The notes under the pieces: generated by a model
What the model was told of the DNA's origin: nothing
The model's input: the letters and a program-made list of their open reading frames with translations, nothing else
Database searches by the model: none
Shown: piece by piece, positions 10,579 through 21,981 of the stretch
Layout of the letters: every line of letters starts with the position of its first letter
Position numbering within the stretch: the stretch's first letter is position 1
Translations under genes and position numbers: made by a program
Assembly (NCBI GenBank): GCA_019828565.1
Contig: JAHDYR010000006.1
Coordinates: forward strand, 124,001-188,000
Direction of reading: 5' to 3'
Source of the DNA: Carpediemonas membranifera BICM
Lineage: Eukaryota > Protista > Fornicata
Length of the DNA: 64,000 nt

Positions 10579-12240
10579 TCAGATCGTTTTATTGTAGACG
10601 GGCGCAGACTTACGCCACTCCAGCTTATTGACTGCCGCGCTCAGGAGCAATCTAACAGTCGGCGAGAATCTCGCGGCGAACTTCCTCATCACGATCATGA
10701 GACCCTTGCGGAGAGGATATGAAAGCGTTTGCCAGAACCACTCACTCAGCGCTCTAACTTCGTCCAGCATCCTGCGGATCGGAGCATGCTCGGCTGGGTC
10801 GAAGTCGTTGGTTGGGTAAGACCGCATGATCCTCTTGTTCACGAGAGAGCACAGCATGGCATCAGTCTCTGCCTTGACAGCCTTGGCCATGGCGTCAGTA
10901 TCTTCTTCCTCCCTCAGCTTCGCGAGCAAGAGCCACGACCCCAGTTCCGCTGGCCCTTGTCGCCCCGGCGGTAGCGGGCGTAGTAGCGCTTCTCGGCAAG
11001 GTGTGGATGAGCTTATTGGCCTCAGTCAGGCCGCCCTTGGTATTCTTGAGGTCAGGCACGCGGAGATGCGCTTTGATAACAACAGTTTGAAAGTCGAAAT
11101 CCGGGTTGGCCTTCTCGGGATCTCCATGAAATGGAACCCGATGGGGGTACCAATAAGCCAAACGGACCAAGGGAGGGGGATCGACAATATGTTTCTTCAC
11201 AACATCCCGGGTGACACCAAGAGAGGCCAAGAACCTGTCGATGCTCTCGCTTGTGGCACTGAGCTTCCGTGATTCTTTGTTGAGTCTCTGGATGAGGGTC
11301 AGGCCAAGCTCGTCGAGAGTGTCACAAAGATCGTCCGCGATGGACTTCAGCGCGTCGATCAAACTGTCTCGAACGTCTTGCCGGGCAGTTTGGCTGAAGC
11401 AGTCGGTCACGACGTCGAACTGGTCCTTCAAGACTTCCTCGATGAGCCCCTCGCATCTGTCTGCCTGAACGGTTGACTTGGGGTGCTCCAGTTTCTGCTT
11501 GAACCACAAGATACAGGTATGCTTGACCGCTTCAAGGGCAGGCCAGTCGATCACATACCGAGTGTCATATCTGTTGATCCGATGCAGCAGTTTCTGCGGG
11601 TCGACCCAGGCGTACATCGCGTGTGCCTTCTGTTGGTCGCGTGTAAGGTGGTATCCCTCGCCATCAGGTGTCCCAATGTGCGGTTTGAGCCACTTATAGT
11701 CGTTCTCGTCGTCTCCCGTGAGAGGGTTGAGACCCCAGAAGATGACGTCAAACCAGTCGTAAAGGCCGGACTTGGGCTCGTCATCGCCCTCCCATAGGGC
11801 ATTGAACCTGTCGTACAGCTCCTTATACTCTTCCTCGGTGGTCTCCACTTCGGAAACGTCGTGCATGACGACCAGGATTCGAGTCTTGACCCGAGTGTCA
11901 GTCGGGCATGAAAACCTACGGAGAAGCTTGAACAGCTCCTTGAGGAGGTCCTCACCGTAGTTAGTGGGGTTGTTGTTGGCGTACTTGTTGTAGACGATGA
12001 GGTCGGCCAGAGCCAGGGCGAGCAGGGCGATCTGGTGATCGGCGTCAAGGGCGTTTGGGTCGGCGGCGTTGGACCCTTGGGTGTCCAGCACGTCAATGCC
12101 GTTGACCCTCTGGTGGTGGATGCCCAGTGTCTTGTTGGTGATTGGGGTCAGCCCTTTGGGGTTCGTCGGAAAAGCGGTGCCCATGGTTTTGTTGGCAGTC
12201 AGTGACTTGCGAGTACCGCAAGCGCCGATGAATGCAGTAA
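10579..12240 (-). pseudogene. Sey1/RHD3 (GBP/atlastin-superfamily)-like GTPase, degenerate or frameshifted
   Basis: In frame upstream of ORF 10895-12184: VTAFIGACGTRKSLTANKTMGTAF (P-loop position), then KTLGI, VLDTQG, ALLALALADLIVYN, ILVVMHD, LYDWFDVIFWGL. The C-terminus appears to continue in another frame (10579-10929). Confidence 0.62.
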
Positions 12241-12737
12241 CAAGGTTCGAATCATGCAGAATACGACTGAGACGCCATCTGCCAGTCGCGGTGCTGCGTG
12301 AAAAGAGAAATAAAGAACAAACAAGAAAGCTCTGTTGCCGTCGTTGCTATGACGGATATTGATGATCTGCTCTGCAGGCAATTCTTCCATTATCTGTTGC
12401 AATTACCACTTAATTTCCTGGTGTCACAGGAGCCATCGTCACAGGGACTGTTATGTGACGCACACCATAAATAAAGCAAATAGGTAAACCACAATATCCT
12501 CCGCTGTCGATACAGAGGGGCACAGTATTATAAACGAGCGATTACACCCTGCCCGAAGCAAGTCTGACGATCCTTGGATGCTGGTGGTTGACAAGTCTGA
12601 CGCCTTTCCCTCCCAGCCTACTCTCCTGAATCATCATAGTACTCCTTCAAGAAGTACTTGGCCTTCTTCAGTGTGAAGCTGTGCCACGATACACCACCCG
12701 AAGCGGGCATTGTCCCAGATGTACAAATGTTTACCGC

Positions 12738-13223
12738 TCACAGGCTCTTACCCATGAACTTGTATTTCGCGAACATCAGCCACCACTTGGACAGCTTGCC
12801 GTCGGCATCGAAGACAAGGGGGGCGAGCTTCGTGGCAATCTCGGCGCGCATCTTCTTAAAGCCGTTGACCCAGCGGTCTCTCTCGGTAGAATCCTGAGGA
12901 GCCGACAGGATGCCGCGGAGGACGAACTCGGCGTCACCGGGGGCGGAGAAGTTCTGCTGGGCAAGGACGTTGAGGACGTTGTACGCCGCCTTGGCGTCAG
13001 CGGGCTTCTTCATGTTCAGCTCAGTGAGGCACTTGCAGATGAAGAGGGTAAGATACACCATGGTGGTATCGCCGGGGCCCTTCATCTCAAACTGCTTGAC
13101 CAGGACGTTGGCCTTGAAGTTCTCGATGGCCTCCTGCGTAATGTCGTGCTCAGGGCCGAAAATGCCACATCCGCATGCAATATCTGCAGGAGCGACGCCG
13201 TTGAATGCTGAATGATACACCAT
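12738..13223 (-). CDS. ARPC3: Arp2/3 complex subunit 3 (p21-Arc)
   Basis: MVYHS, EAIENFKANV...FEMKGPGDTTMVYLTLFI, C-terminal SKWWLMFAKYKFMGKSL. Confidence 0.96.
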   Translation of the reverse strand: MVYHSAFNGVAPADIACGCGIFGPEHDITQEAIENFKANVLVKQFEMKGPGDTTMVYLTLFICKCLTELNMKKPADAKAAYNVLNVLAQQNFSAPGDAEFVLRGILSAPQDSTERDRWVNGFKKMRAEIATKLAPLVFDADGKLSKWWLMFAKYKFMGKSL

Positions 13224-13397
13224 TGGAGATATTTGTGAAAGGGTCGTTGTCTTCGCTGGGATGCATGAAAAAAAGTGTGGCGATTTCCAGAGGAGTACAT
13301 GGCGTGGCGAGACACCCCCCAGACTCGCACAGCTTGCATTCTGCCCCTCTCAGTGTTTTGTTCGCTCAAACGCGAGTCATTTTGCAGGGTGGCTTGA

Positions 13398-14354
13398 ATG
13401 AGCGATACGTCCTGCATTGACATCGACGACTTGGTATTCAACGATTGTTATCCAAGAACAACACCCGTTGGCGCCAGATACCCCGAACCAGTTCCTTCCG
13501 ACGCCGATGTGTTTGATCTCGACTCTGACGACGAAGAATCGTCCGTTCCGGTCACTAGGCCAATTGTGAAGCCTGTAGTAGCACTACCGCGTAGTACTGA
13601 GAGCATCCCAGGTACCAAGAAGTTCATTTCATCAGAGACGGCGGCCAAACTTCCGCAAGCGGATAAAACGCAGGAAGCAGAGACGCCTGCGGAGCCCAAG
13701 CCGATGCCCCCTGTCCGAATCCTCCCGAAGTACAAGGGCCCCGATATGTCCAAGCTCACAGCCTCCGAGCGGGCCGACAAGAACAGGGAGATCAAGGCCG
13801 AGAAGCAGGCCCGTGCAGAAGAGCGTGCCAGAGAGCGCAAGAAGAGGGAAGAGAACGGTGAAGCGGACAATGGGTCGGATACGGATGATTTCAACAAGGG
13901 TGGCGACACTTATGAGGTTGAACGGATCAAATCCCGTCGCTGGAACAAGAAGAAGTGCATGCATGAGTATCTCATCAAATGGAAGGGCTGGCCTGACGCC
14001 GCCGCCTCCTGGGAGCCCGAGACCAACATCCACCCCGTTCTTGTGCGGGAAGAGCAGCGAAAGCGGGGGGAGTTGAAGCAGGAGAAGAAGGGCCATCGCA
14101 GCAGCTCCATCATTCGGTCCCGTCGGAAGTGGTGGGATTTATGCAAGCCACTAACGCAGGGCAAGCTTGACCTCGACAGCGTCTCGCAGATTATCGCAGG
14201 AAGGGTTTCGGATGAAGGCATGCTCGAGCTCTGCGTCGGGACGGACGTGGGAGAGGATAGGTTCTGGGTCAGCGCGACCGCTCTGGCTGAAAAGAAGGCG
14301 GCGATGATGGCGATGTTTTATGAGAAGCACATCGTGTTTGGCCACGGAAATTGA
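13398..14354 (+). CDS. HP1/Swi6-like chromodomain plus chromoshadow protein
   Basis: Chromodomain YEVERIKSRR...EYLIKWKGWPDAAASWEPETNI; C-terminal chromoshadow-like FWVSATALAEK...MFYEKHIVF. Confidence 0.85.
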   Translation: MSDTSCIDIDDLVFNDCYPRTTPVGARYPEPVPSDADVFDLDSDDEESSVPVTRPIVKPVVALPRSTESIPGTKKFISSETAAKLPQADKTQEAETPAEPKPMPPVRILPKYKGPDMSKLTASERADKNREIKAEKQARAEERARERKKREENGEADNGSDTDDFNKGGDTYEVERIKSRRWNKKKCMHEYLIKWKGWPDAAASWEPETNIHPVLVREEQRKRGELKQEKKGHRSSSIIRSRRKWWDLCKPLTQGKLDLDSVSQIIAGRVSDEGMLELCVGTDVGEDRFWVSATALAEKKAAMMAMFYEKHIVFGHGN

Positions 14355-14506
14355 CACCAAGTTATTTTATTACGTTAAACTACTTGCCGAGGACCCAGGC
14401 TTATCTTATGTGATAGTGACGATCCCTCTATTCTTTCTTGATGGTCCAGTCGCCAAGCAAGACCAACCGCATACGGTAGAGAGTCGCATTTATACATCAT
14501 ATATCA

Positions 14507-17413
14507 TCAAATAATCTTATTGGGACTAATCTTCCCCTTGTTCCGTCGAGTCAGGGTCAGAGTGACCACCTCGTACAACACGCGGGACATATACACACCA
14601 AGCCCGCTAATCGATAAGTCAGCGGGCTCCGGCAACCGCCGTAATATAAATCCATATGGGATGGACACAGATCCAATGGCTATGCAGACTGCCCAGTCCC
14701 TCAACCCGAGCGGAGCGACCCGTACAGGGAGGTAAAAGACCTGGACGAGCAAGACTTGGGTGATCACGATGATGACCTGGACCGCCATAAACATTGTACT
14801 CGCGCCGACGCCCTCAAGAATGTTGCATCGATTGGTGTTGACTCGCCTGCAGTTGATTTGGTTGAACCATTGAAGGAATACAAAGGCGTTGAAGATGATG
14901 GTGCTCTTGTAGTATTGGTCAACGGCGGATACGGACTCGGCGATGCCGGAAACCAGCGGTGGTTCCGGCTCCGGGATGACTGCAGACAGAGTTGACAGCA
15001 CGACCAGCTGGAGCAACGCGTGGCCCAAGATGTCGCGCCACATGCGGTTCGATATCAAGCCTGACCCACGGCCGTGCGGCTTCTCTTCGAGGAGGCCCTC
15101 GTGGGGGCCCTCAGTGGCGAGGGCGAGGGCGGCGAGGGTGTCCATGATGAGGTTGACCCAGAGAAGCTGGACAGCGTTCAAAGGGGATTCGCCGAGAAAG
15201 AGAGCGCCGCATGCGGCAATGACGAGGGCCACGACGTTGACGGTGAGCTGGAACTGCAGGAACTTCCGGATGTTGTCATAAACTGCACGACCCCATAGGA
15301 TGGCCATTTCGACAGAGTGGAAGTTATCGTCGAGCAGGATGATGTCAGAGGCCTCCTTGGCGACCTCAGTGCCGCTGATGCCCATGGCAAGACCGACGTC
15401 AGCCTCCTTGAGCGCGGGGGCGTCATTGGCGCCGTCGCCCGTAACAGCTACGACCTCACCCATCGCCTGGAGCTCCTGGACGAGCCAATGCTTGTCCGTG
15501 GGAGACGACCGCGCCACAACGCGGAGACGGCCGACGATACGCTGGAATTCGTCACGCGACATGCCCCTCAAGTCAGATCCCTCGACCGCAATGTCTTCAT
15601 CAGTCATGATCCCAGCAGACTTGGCAATGCTGCATGCTGTCGAGATATGGTCGCCCGTGACCATGCGGACAGTGATCCCGGCTGCGTGACAGCGGGCGAC
15701 ACTCTCGCGAATCTCAGGACGGAGTGGATCTTCAAGAGATACGATTGCGGTCAGAATAAGATCTGATGGGGTGGGCTGGATCTCGGACGGCGTGGACTCT
15801 CGGTAAGCCAGTGCTATCGTCCTCATGCCTTGGAGATTGGCCTGGTCAATTGTATGCTTGAGACGGCTCCTATGATCATCTCTCAACTCAATAACAGATC
15901 CATCAGAATCTAAGATACGAGTGCATGACTGCAAGATATGTTCTGGAGCACCAATGACCGTCAGTCTTGTGGCGGTGTCACCATCCAGGATTTCACACGG
16001 CACCGGTGTTGAAACTGCATGGGTGAATTTGCGGTTGGAGTTGAAATACGGTGGCACGTGGATCTTAATCTGAGATTTGACATAATCTAAATCAGATACG
16101 GCGAGTCTGTTCTCATGTAATGCCCAAGTCGCGATTGCCGTCTCCGTACCCGACCCAACGAGGAATCTAGTTGCGGTGTCCTTGAAGCAGGAAGTGTTTG
16201 CCGTCGCCGCGACCAGGATGTTTCTCCTAGCCGCCGCAGAGAGGGTTTCTGGGTGGAGTACGGTGGCGACAGTCATCCTACCTGTGGTCAGGGTGCCTGT
16301 CTTGTCGGAGCAGATGTTGGTGGCGCCGCCCATGGTCTCGCAGGCACTGAGATGGCGGACGAGAAGGTTGTCCTTCATCATACGCTTCATGGAGTAGGCC
16401 AGTGAGATCGTCACAGCGAGGGGGAGGCCCTCGGGCACGGCGACGACGACGATGGTGACTGCGAGGATGATGAAGTCGATCCAATCGCTCCAATCTGACC
16501 AGTGGATCGTACCCTGGCTGAAGATACGAATCAACCACCGAATGCCCAGAATAACGAGTGTCAGAGTGGCTGATCCCATCCCAATGTACCCTACAAGCTT
16601 CGCCATGTCGTCGAGCTTCTCCTGTAGTGGCGTTAGGCCAGACTCGCCAGAGAGAGACGTCATGAGTCGCCCCCACTCGGTGTTCGTGCCGACCGCGATG
16701 ACAACAGCGGTTCCTGACCCAGATACGATGGTCGAACCGGATCTCAAGATTGGGTCATGTGTTCCCTTACCGACACCGCAGGCTTCGCCAGTGAGAGCGG
16801 CCTCGTTCGTCTCGAGGTTGTAGCACTGGAGGATAAGGGCGTCGGCGGGGAGGACATCGCCAGCAGATACGACGAGGATGTCGCCAACGACGACATCGGC
16901 AGTGTCGATGGCGTGTTTCGAGCCTGCTCGGACGACTTTGACCTGTCTGCGGTCTTTTGCAGCCTCTAGAGCCCTAAACTGGCGCTCCTTGGACCAGTCA
17001 TTGAACGCAGTGACAGTGCAGACGATGACGATGGCGGCGAGGATGGCTGCACCCTCGATCCAGTCCCACTTTCCATCCTCGTCGCTGCTGTCCTTTGGTA
17101 TGAACGATAGGCCGAAGGAGACAACTGCAGAGAGGATAAGGATGAGGAGAATGGGGTCTTCAAGACACTCGAGCCAAAGACGAACGAATGATTTGCTCGC
17201 TGGATGCGGATACTCGTTGCAGCCGAACGCCTCGTGGCGATCTGCGCATCCACTGTCAATATCAAGCTGAGAAAGGCCCTCGCGGCTCGTACAAAGCTTC
17301 TCTAGCAAGCCATCGACACCTCCAAGGGCAACCAGGTCCTCTTCCCGCCGGTTGGTGAGCTTATCGAGTGTAGATGCATCAACATGGAAGCGAGAAGGTC
17401 CGTTGGTGAGCAT
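14507..17413 (-). CDS. P-type IIB Ca2+-transporting ATPase (PMCA/Pmc1-like)
   Basis: VVAVPEGLPLAVT, CSDKTGTLT, MVTGD, VAVTGDGANDAPALK, QFQLTVN, QLLWVNLIMDTLAALALATE. Confidence 0.96.
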   Translation of the reverse strand: MLTNGPSRFHVDASTLDKLTNRREEDLVALGGVDGLLEKLCTSREGLSQLDIDSGCADRHEAFGCNEYPHPASKSFVRLWLECLEDPILLILILSAVVSFGLSFIPKDSSDEDGKWDWIEGAAILAAIVIVCTVTAFNDWSKERQFRALEAAKDRRQVKVVRAGSKHAIDTADVVVGDILVVSAGDVLPADALILQCYNLETNEAALTGEACGVGKGTHDPILRSGSTIVSGSGTAVVIAVGTNTEWGRLMTSLSGESGLTPLQEKLDDMAKLVGYIGMGSATLTLVILGIRWLIRIFSQGTIHWSDWSDWIDFIILAVTIVVVAVPEGLPLAVTISLAYSMKRMMKDNLLVRHLSACETMGGATNICSDKTGTLTTGRMTVATVLHPETLSAAARRNILVAATANTSCFKDTATRFLVGSGTETAIATWALHENRLAVSDLDYVKSQIKIHVPPYFNSNRKFTHAVSTPVPCEILDGDTATRLTVIGAPEHILQSCTRILDSDGSVIELRDDHRSRLKHTIDQANLQGMRTIALAYRESTPSEIQPTPSDLILTAIVSLEDPLRPEIRESVARCHAAGITVRMVTGDHISTACSIAKSAGIMTDEDIAVEGSDLRGMSRDEFQRIVGRLRVVARSSPTDKHWLVQELQAMGEVVAVTGDGANDAPALKEADVGLAMGISGTEVAKEASDIILLDDNFHSVEMAILWGRAVYDNIRKFLQFQLTVNVVALVIAACGALFLGESPLNAVQLLWVNLIMDTLAALALATEGPHEGLLEEKPHGRGSGLISNRMWRDILGHALLQLVVLSTLSAVIPEPEPPLVSGIAESVSAVDQYYKSTIIFNAFVFLQWFNQINCRRVNTNRCNILEGVGASTMFMAVQVIIVITQVLLVQVFYLPVRVAPLGLRDWAVCIAIGSVSIPYGFILRRLPEPADLSISGLGVYMSRVLYEVVTLTLTRRNKGKISPNKII

Positions 17414-17649
17414 GGTTCAGTGGTAGGTGAGAACACGCTGCTCAGGCGGTGTTGATAGTTTTAGCCCAACAGCTATTTAAGGTGATTTGGTCGCGATCTA
17501 GACCATCACTAGACTATGGCTCGAGAAGCAACACAGAGTACTAGCCTTTACAAGTCATCCCCGACCCTTATCTCACGATCATCACACCCTGCCCAGTCGA
17601 CCCAAACCTGACTCAGTCCTTGACATTTATTATCCAGGCTAGCTACCCC

Positions 17650-18951
17650 TCACCGCATGGGAAAGAGCTTCTTGATCTTGTTCACGTCCGGAGTCATCCC
17701 CGGCGAGGTGGGCTCAGACAGATGGCCGTGGGGTATGCGGCTCGGCGCCTTTTGCCCTGAAAGCGACCGGATGCGAGCTCGCTGGGACATCACGGTCCGC
17801 TCGAGCTCGACGTTCTTCTCCTTCAAAGCCTGAACCTCTAATTCATCGATGCTCAGAACATTAGAGTTGCCGGCCCCGCTGGTAATCCGCTCCGTGACAA
17901 CGGCGTTGTTCAATTCCTTAAGCTCCGACTGGAACTTCGCCAGGTCCGAGTGCCGTGCCTCACGCTCCTCGTCAAGAAGCCGCGTGAGCCGGTCAATCTC
18001 TTTCTGCATTTTGATTGACTCGATCTTCATATCTCTCTCGACCGTCTCTCGCACGCGGGCACACTCATTCTGTAGGTCCACAGCCCGGCTCTCGAGCTGC
18101 TCCATGTCCTGCTGTAGCCTCATGTTCTCTGCAATTAGCGTGTCGCATGCTTCTTCTAACCCTGCCTTATCCTGCGCGGACTCTGCCTGGGCGATCTTTG
18201 TCTTCTCAGCCTCGGCGTGGAGTTTCTTGATCTCATCGTGCAGCTTAGCGCACTCTTGCTTTGCCATGGCTTCTGCTGCGCCGCTGTCGTTCGAGCGATC
18301 ATCCCTCTCCTTCAACCTGGACTCGATCTCGACCACTCTATCCGCGAGACCGTCCGCCCTCGCCCGCTCCTCCCCAAGTCTACTCGCGCTCTCCTCGAGC
18401 TCCTTTGTAAGCCGCTCGATCTCCTCCCCAGGGCTTGGCAAGTCCGCGCCCGCACCCCACAGCTCGTGGTACCGGTCCAACTCAGCCTCTAGACGTCTAC
18501 GCTGCTTCTCGTGGCCTGCTCTGATCGCAGACACTTCCCGCTGGAGGCTCCGGAGCTGGTGCTCCATGGACTCAGCGCGGAGGCGTTCCTTGGAGCAGTT
18601 TTCTCGCTCAGTCGTAAGCTTGGCAGTCATTTCATCCACAACGTCGGAGCGGGACGCAATGAACGCGCGAAACTTCTCCCGCTCCTGTTGCATGAGCGCT
18701 TGGGACTCCTTGAGGTCTTTCTGAGCTCGCTTCAGCTCGACTTTGAGAAGCCGCTCCTTAACAGACTCCTGCTCAACGTCCTGGTCGGTCTTGGAGATGC
18801 TCTTCGGTCTCCTCAACGAATCGAAGGACGAGGCGCTGTCAGTACTCGGGAGTGTCGGTGAAGCGGTGGAAACATGGTCATAGTCGTCGGCATCCCGCAT
18901 AACACGGTAAGGAGAGCTGAGTGCTCGATGCTTACTTGAAAAATCGCTCAT
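17650..18951 (-). CDS. Hypothetical coiled-coil protein
   Basis: About 430 aa heptad-rich ORF from ATG 18951. Confidence 0.7.
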   Translation of the reverse strand: MSDFSSKHRALSSPYRVMRDADDYDHVSTASPTLPSTDSASSFDSLRRPKSISKTDQDVEQESVKERLLKVELKRAQKDLKESQALMQQEREKFRAFIASRSDVVDEMTAKLTTERENCSKERLRAESMEHQLRSLQREVSAIRAGHEKQRRRLEAELDRYHELWGAGADLPSPGEEIERLTKELEESASRLGEERARADGLADRVVEIESRLKERDDRSNDSGAAEAMAKQECAKLHDEIKKLHAEAEKTKIAQAESAQDKAGLEEACDTLIAENMRLQQDMEQLESRAVDLQNECARVRETVERDMKIESIKMQKEIDRLTRLLDEEREARHSDLAKFQSELKELNNAVVTERITSGAGNSNVLSIDELEVQALKEKNVELERTVMSQRARIRSLSGQKAPSRIPHGHLSEPTSPGMTPDVNKIKKLFPMR

Positions 18952-19152
18952 TAGACCAAGAAAGCTGTGTTGAAGCCGAAAGTAGTCTTCGAAGAACGAA
19001 AGAGCCAACTGCACCTCGAGTGATTCAAAGCAACTCTCCCCAAATCGACCGACTACGGTATCTAATCAGCGCTAGAGCAACGATACACCCTCCACTCCCG
19101 TCTAAAGCATTTAAAGACCATCGCCAAACAACATATCTTCAAGATGAACCAC

Positions 19153-20091
19153 TCAGCCTGCCCCCACGGTGGAGAAGAGGGTCAGGGGTAGTCCGAGGGC
19201 CAGGACAACGATGGCTAGCACTAGGATGACGAGCAGTACGCATATGATGATGTATATGATCTTACGGCCCTTTTTTTGGTGCTTGGCAGCCTTCGCCAGC
19301 TGCTTCACGCCCTTCTCGACGTGATCCTTTGCTACTGAGATGTTATCAGCCACGTGGTTGAGGGTTTCGCTCTGCTGGGCAACGAGGAAGAGGAATTGCT
19401 TGTGCATGTCGTGGAGCTCCTTGATGGACTGCGTCAGCTTCACAATGTCCGCATGCCGCTCCTTCGCCTCCCTGTACGCGTTCACCACCTCCGATGAGTT
19501 CCCGAACTCCTGCTGCATGGCCTGATCGAAGTCGGGATCACCGCTCATGACGCCGTCGACCACCATCTCAACCCTATCCTCGGGGATGGACATATCAGCG
19601 ATCTGGATCTGCCGCTTCAGTTGCTGGCGGAAGGCCTCGCGGTTGGCGGCCTGCATCTGTTGGAACTGAGTCACCACGCGGACCATCTCTCGGGATGTAT
19701 AGTCGTAGACGTTCTTACGGGACCGGAGCTCGACGTCAGTCTCGGGCCCGTCGTAGTTCTTGATCATTAGATCCATCTGCTTGAGTGTCTTTGTCACGAG
19801 TTCGATCTTGTTGCGACATTCCATCGTTTCGCGCTGGATTTGGCTTTCACTCGAGCCTGCTAAAACGTCACTGATCCTGATCGACGAGCTATCCCGTTTC
19901 TGTGCCTTAACAATGTTCTCAATGTGCTTTTCGATCCGCCCAAGCGTCTTCTTCGCCGTATCGGCAAGCTTCGAGAAGTCATCGCCGTACACATCCCCGT
20001 CCTCCTCGTCGAGGATCTCAGGAAGCCCAATTTCTACATCTACTTGTTCCACATCTGCGGTGGCGCTGCGCAGATCGGCGAAACGGTTCAT
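19153..20091 (-). CDS. Qa-SNARE, plasma-membrane syntaxin (syntaxin-1/SYP1-like)
   Basis: MNRFADL N-peptide, Habc region, ERHADIVKLTQSIKELHDM...LVAQQSETLNHVADNI and C-terminal TM helix. Confidence 0.92.
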   Translation of the reverse strand: MNRFADLRSATADVEQVDVEIGLPEILDEEDGDVYGDDFSKLADTAKKTLGRIEKHIENIVKAQKRDSSSIRISDVLAGSSESQIQRETMECRNKIELVTKTLKQMDLMIKNYDGPETDVELRSRKNVYDYTSREMVRVVTQFQQMQAANREAFRQQLKRQIQIADMSIPEDRVEMVVDGVMSGDPDFDQAMQQEFGNSSEVVNAYREAKERHADIVKLTQSIKELHDMHKQFLFLVAQQSETLNHVADNISVAKDHVEKGVKQLAKAAKHQKKGRKIIYIIICVLLVILVLAIVVLALGLPLTLFSTVGAG

Positions 20092-20412
20092 TACAGGATC
20101 AGGTGAGTGCCCGTTGAAGTGGATTCGTTTACGTTCGGTAACATAAACTCTGTAACAGCCTACACCAGGTTCGCCTCGCAAACACCAGGAGGGTGCTGAG
20201 GACAACGCGTCTTACTATTTTATCTTCTCTGACGGAGGAACCCGTACACGGGGACGCCGAGCGGCCTCTCCTGTGCGAGATCCTCCCGGAGGAATGGCTA
20301 GTCTCGGCTGGCCGTTTATAGTCACTACAATGGCTTATGTATATAAATCCAGTAACAGGCACGATAGCCCAACCTACCAGCCACGCGATTTACGTAAGCA
20401 TGTATAATCTCC

Positions 20413-21981
20413 TCACAACAACTTCTCACCAACTACCCACTCAAACCGGCAGTTCCCAGTGAGTGTGTGGATGAGAGACTCCACAAAGCCGTCTGGGGTG
20501 TCAGATCCAACGTCTGTGTCAACCTGGTAGTACTCCGGATCATGGGCCAACGGGTCAAAATAAATAAAACAACGATGCTGACCCATAAAATAATTCTTTG
20601 TGACGAGCATCTGGTGCGCTTCCGGCTTAAGCCAGAGGACCGAATAATGACTCTCGTTGAACACCACCCACACTGGTGTCTCGGGATACTTCATTCTCGG
20701 GCCAACAGCCATGTGTCCGTGGTGTTCATAAATAGTGAGCACACCGACCGGTCCCCTCCTTCCAATGCCGTGCAGGATGTACCCGTCGAAGTCCTGGTTG
20801 CCGTCATGGACTCCAGACACCGCTGAGCCCGTGAGTAAGAGGTGGACGAGGCCCTGGGTGCAGTAGTCATGCGTCCCAATGAGGCCGGGTGTGGTACCCT
20901 CGTCGGCATCGCTCATGACGTTCTCGGGGCCGCGGCTGAGTACGGCAGAGAGGGTGAGACTCATGATCGCTGAGCTGTCGGTCGCCCTGAAGAACGCGCC
21001 GTATGTTCGGACGGCGGCCTCGAGGTCTGAGACAGCTGTTGGCTGAACCACCGAGAACAGCGAGGGGCGGTGGAGCGGGGAGGGCACGTTCGCGTTCAAA
21101 GACTTTGGCACGATAAGTACGACTTGACCGTTGAGTCGAGTTTGTTTCCTTGTAGAACTCGGTGACACCCCAGCGGCGGTCAGGAGGATGTCAGCTATCG
21201 CTCCAGTGAATGCATCAGTGAGCTGGCCGTATCTCTCAGTCTTCATGGGCACGGGGTTGGGGTGGAAGAACAGCTTCCTGATCAGCATGGCCTGGACGCA
21301 CGCCACAACACCACATGGCCCGCCCTCTTGCTGGTAGAGCCCCCACCAGACAGAATCCGCCGTCGACCCGAGTACGTCCTTGTAGGTGGGGAAGCCGCCG
21401 TGCCAAGACGCGGGGAACTGGCCGGTTGCCTTGCCAAAGAGAGCCTGGCGGGCGAGGGTCAGGTCAATGTCAGATAAATCCTGCATGTGGCCGAATGAAA
21501 CGGTGTGAGGGTCTGTAGCAAAGCTGAGACTACTCGTACGGTGGATTCCCGGCTGGATGTTGCCGTCGATGAGGCCGAGAGAGGCGACATCTTCGACGAC
21601 GTCCTCAAAGATGACGTCGCTGGAAACAGGTGCTGATTGGCGTGGAGCAGCAGTGTGAGGGCGAGAAAATACGGGCTTGCTGAAGAGCATGTCTTCTGGC
21701 TCAGCCCTGGGCGGCGGTGACTGGGGTTTCCTGCGGGCGTTGGCCGCCTTGACGCGGCGAAGACCCTGCGAAGTCAAAGCAGCAAGGAGCGTGGCATTCT
21801 TAGCTTCTTTCATCGCTGAGTATGTCTTTCCAATCCCCAGGGAGTTGCAGATGTCGTGCCTGGTCATCTTGTTCGTTCGCGGAACCGCGGCGTCAAACTG
21901 AGCTCTGAGATCCTTCAGGTGATGTACAGCTAAGTATTCGCGTATGATTTCCTGAGCAAAATCTTCCGCGGCCGGATCCAT
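20413..21981 (-). CDS. MINDY4: MINDY-family deubiquitinase (MINDY3/4, DUF4205); N-terminus MINDY4-like
   Basis: GLYQQEGGPCGVVACVQA (catalytic Cys), LSAVLSRG, YCTQGLVHLLLTG, PVWVVFNESHYSVL (catalytic His). Confidence 0.85.
   Translation of the reverse strand: MDPAAEDFAQEIIREYLAVHHLKDLRAQFDAAVPRTNKMTRHDICNSLGIGKTYSAMKEAKNATLLAALTSQGLRRVKAANARRKPQSPPPRAEPEDMLFSKPVFSRPHTAAPRQSAPVSSDVIFEDVVEDVASLGLIDGNIQPGIHRTSSLSFATDPHTVSFGHMQDLSDIDLTLARQALFGKATGQFPASWHGGFPTYKDVLGSTADSVWWGLYQQEGGPCGVVACVQAMLIRKLFFHPNPVPMKTERYGQLTDAFTGAIADILLTAAGVSPSSTRKQTRLNGQVVLIVPKSLNANVPSPLHRPSLFSVVQPTAVSDLEAAVRTYGAFFRATDSSAIMSLTLSAVLSRGPENVMSDADEGTTPGLIGTHDYCTQGLVHLLLTGSAVSGVHDGNQDFDGYILHGIGRRGPVGVLTIYEHHGHMAVGPRMKYPETPVWVVFNESHYSVLWLKPEAHQMLVTKNYFMGQHRCFIYFDPLAHDPEYYQVDTDVGSDTPDGFVESLIHTLTGNCRFEWVVGEKLL

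Noticed and set aside
12240-12256. tRNA T-loop-like GGTTCGAATC
   Set aside because: No cloverleaf can be built; it lies antisense within the GTPase-like frame. No convincing tRNA or rRNA was seen anywhere in the window.
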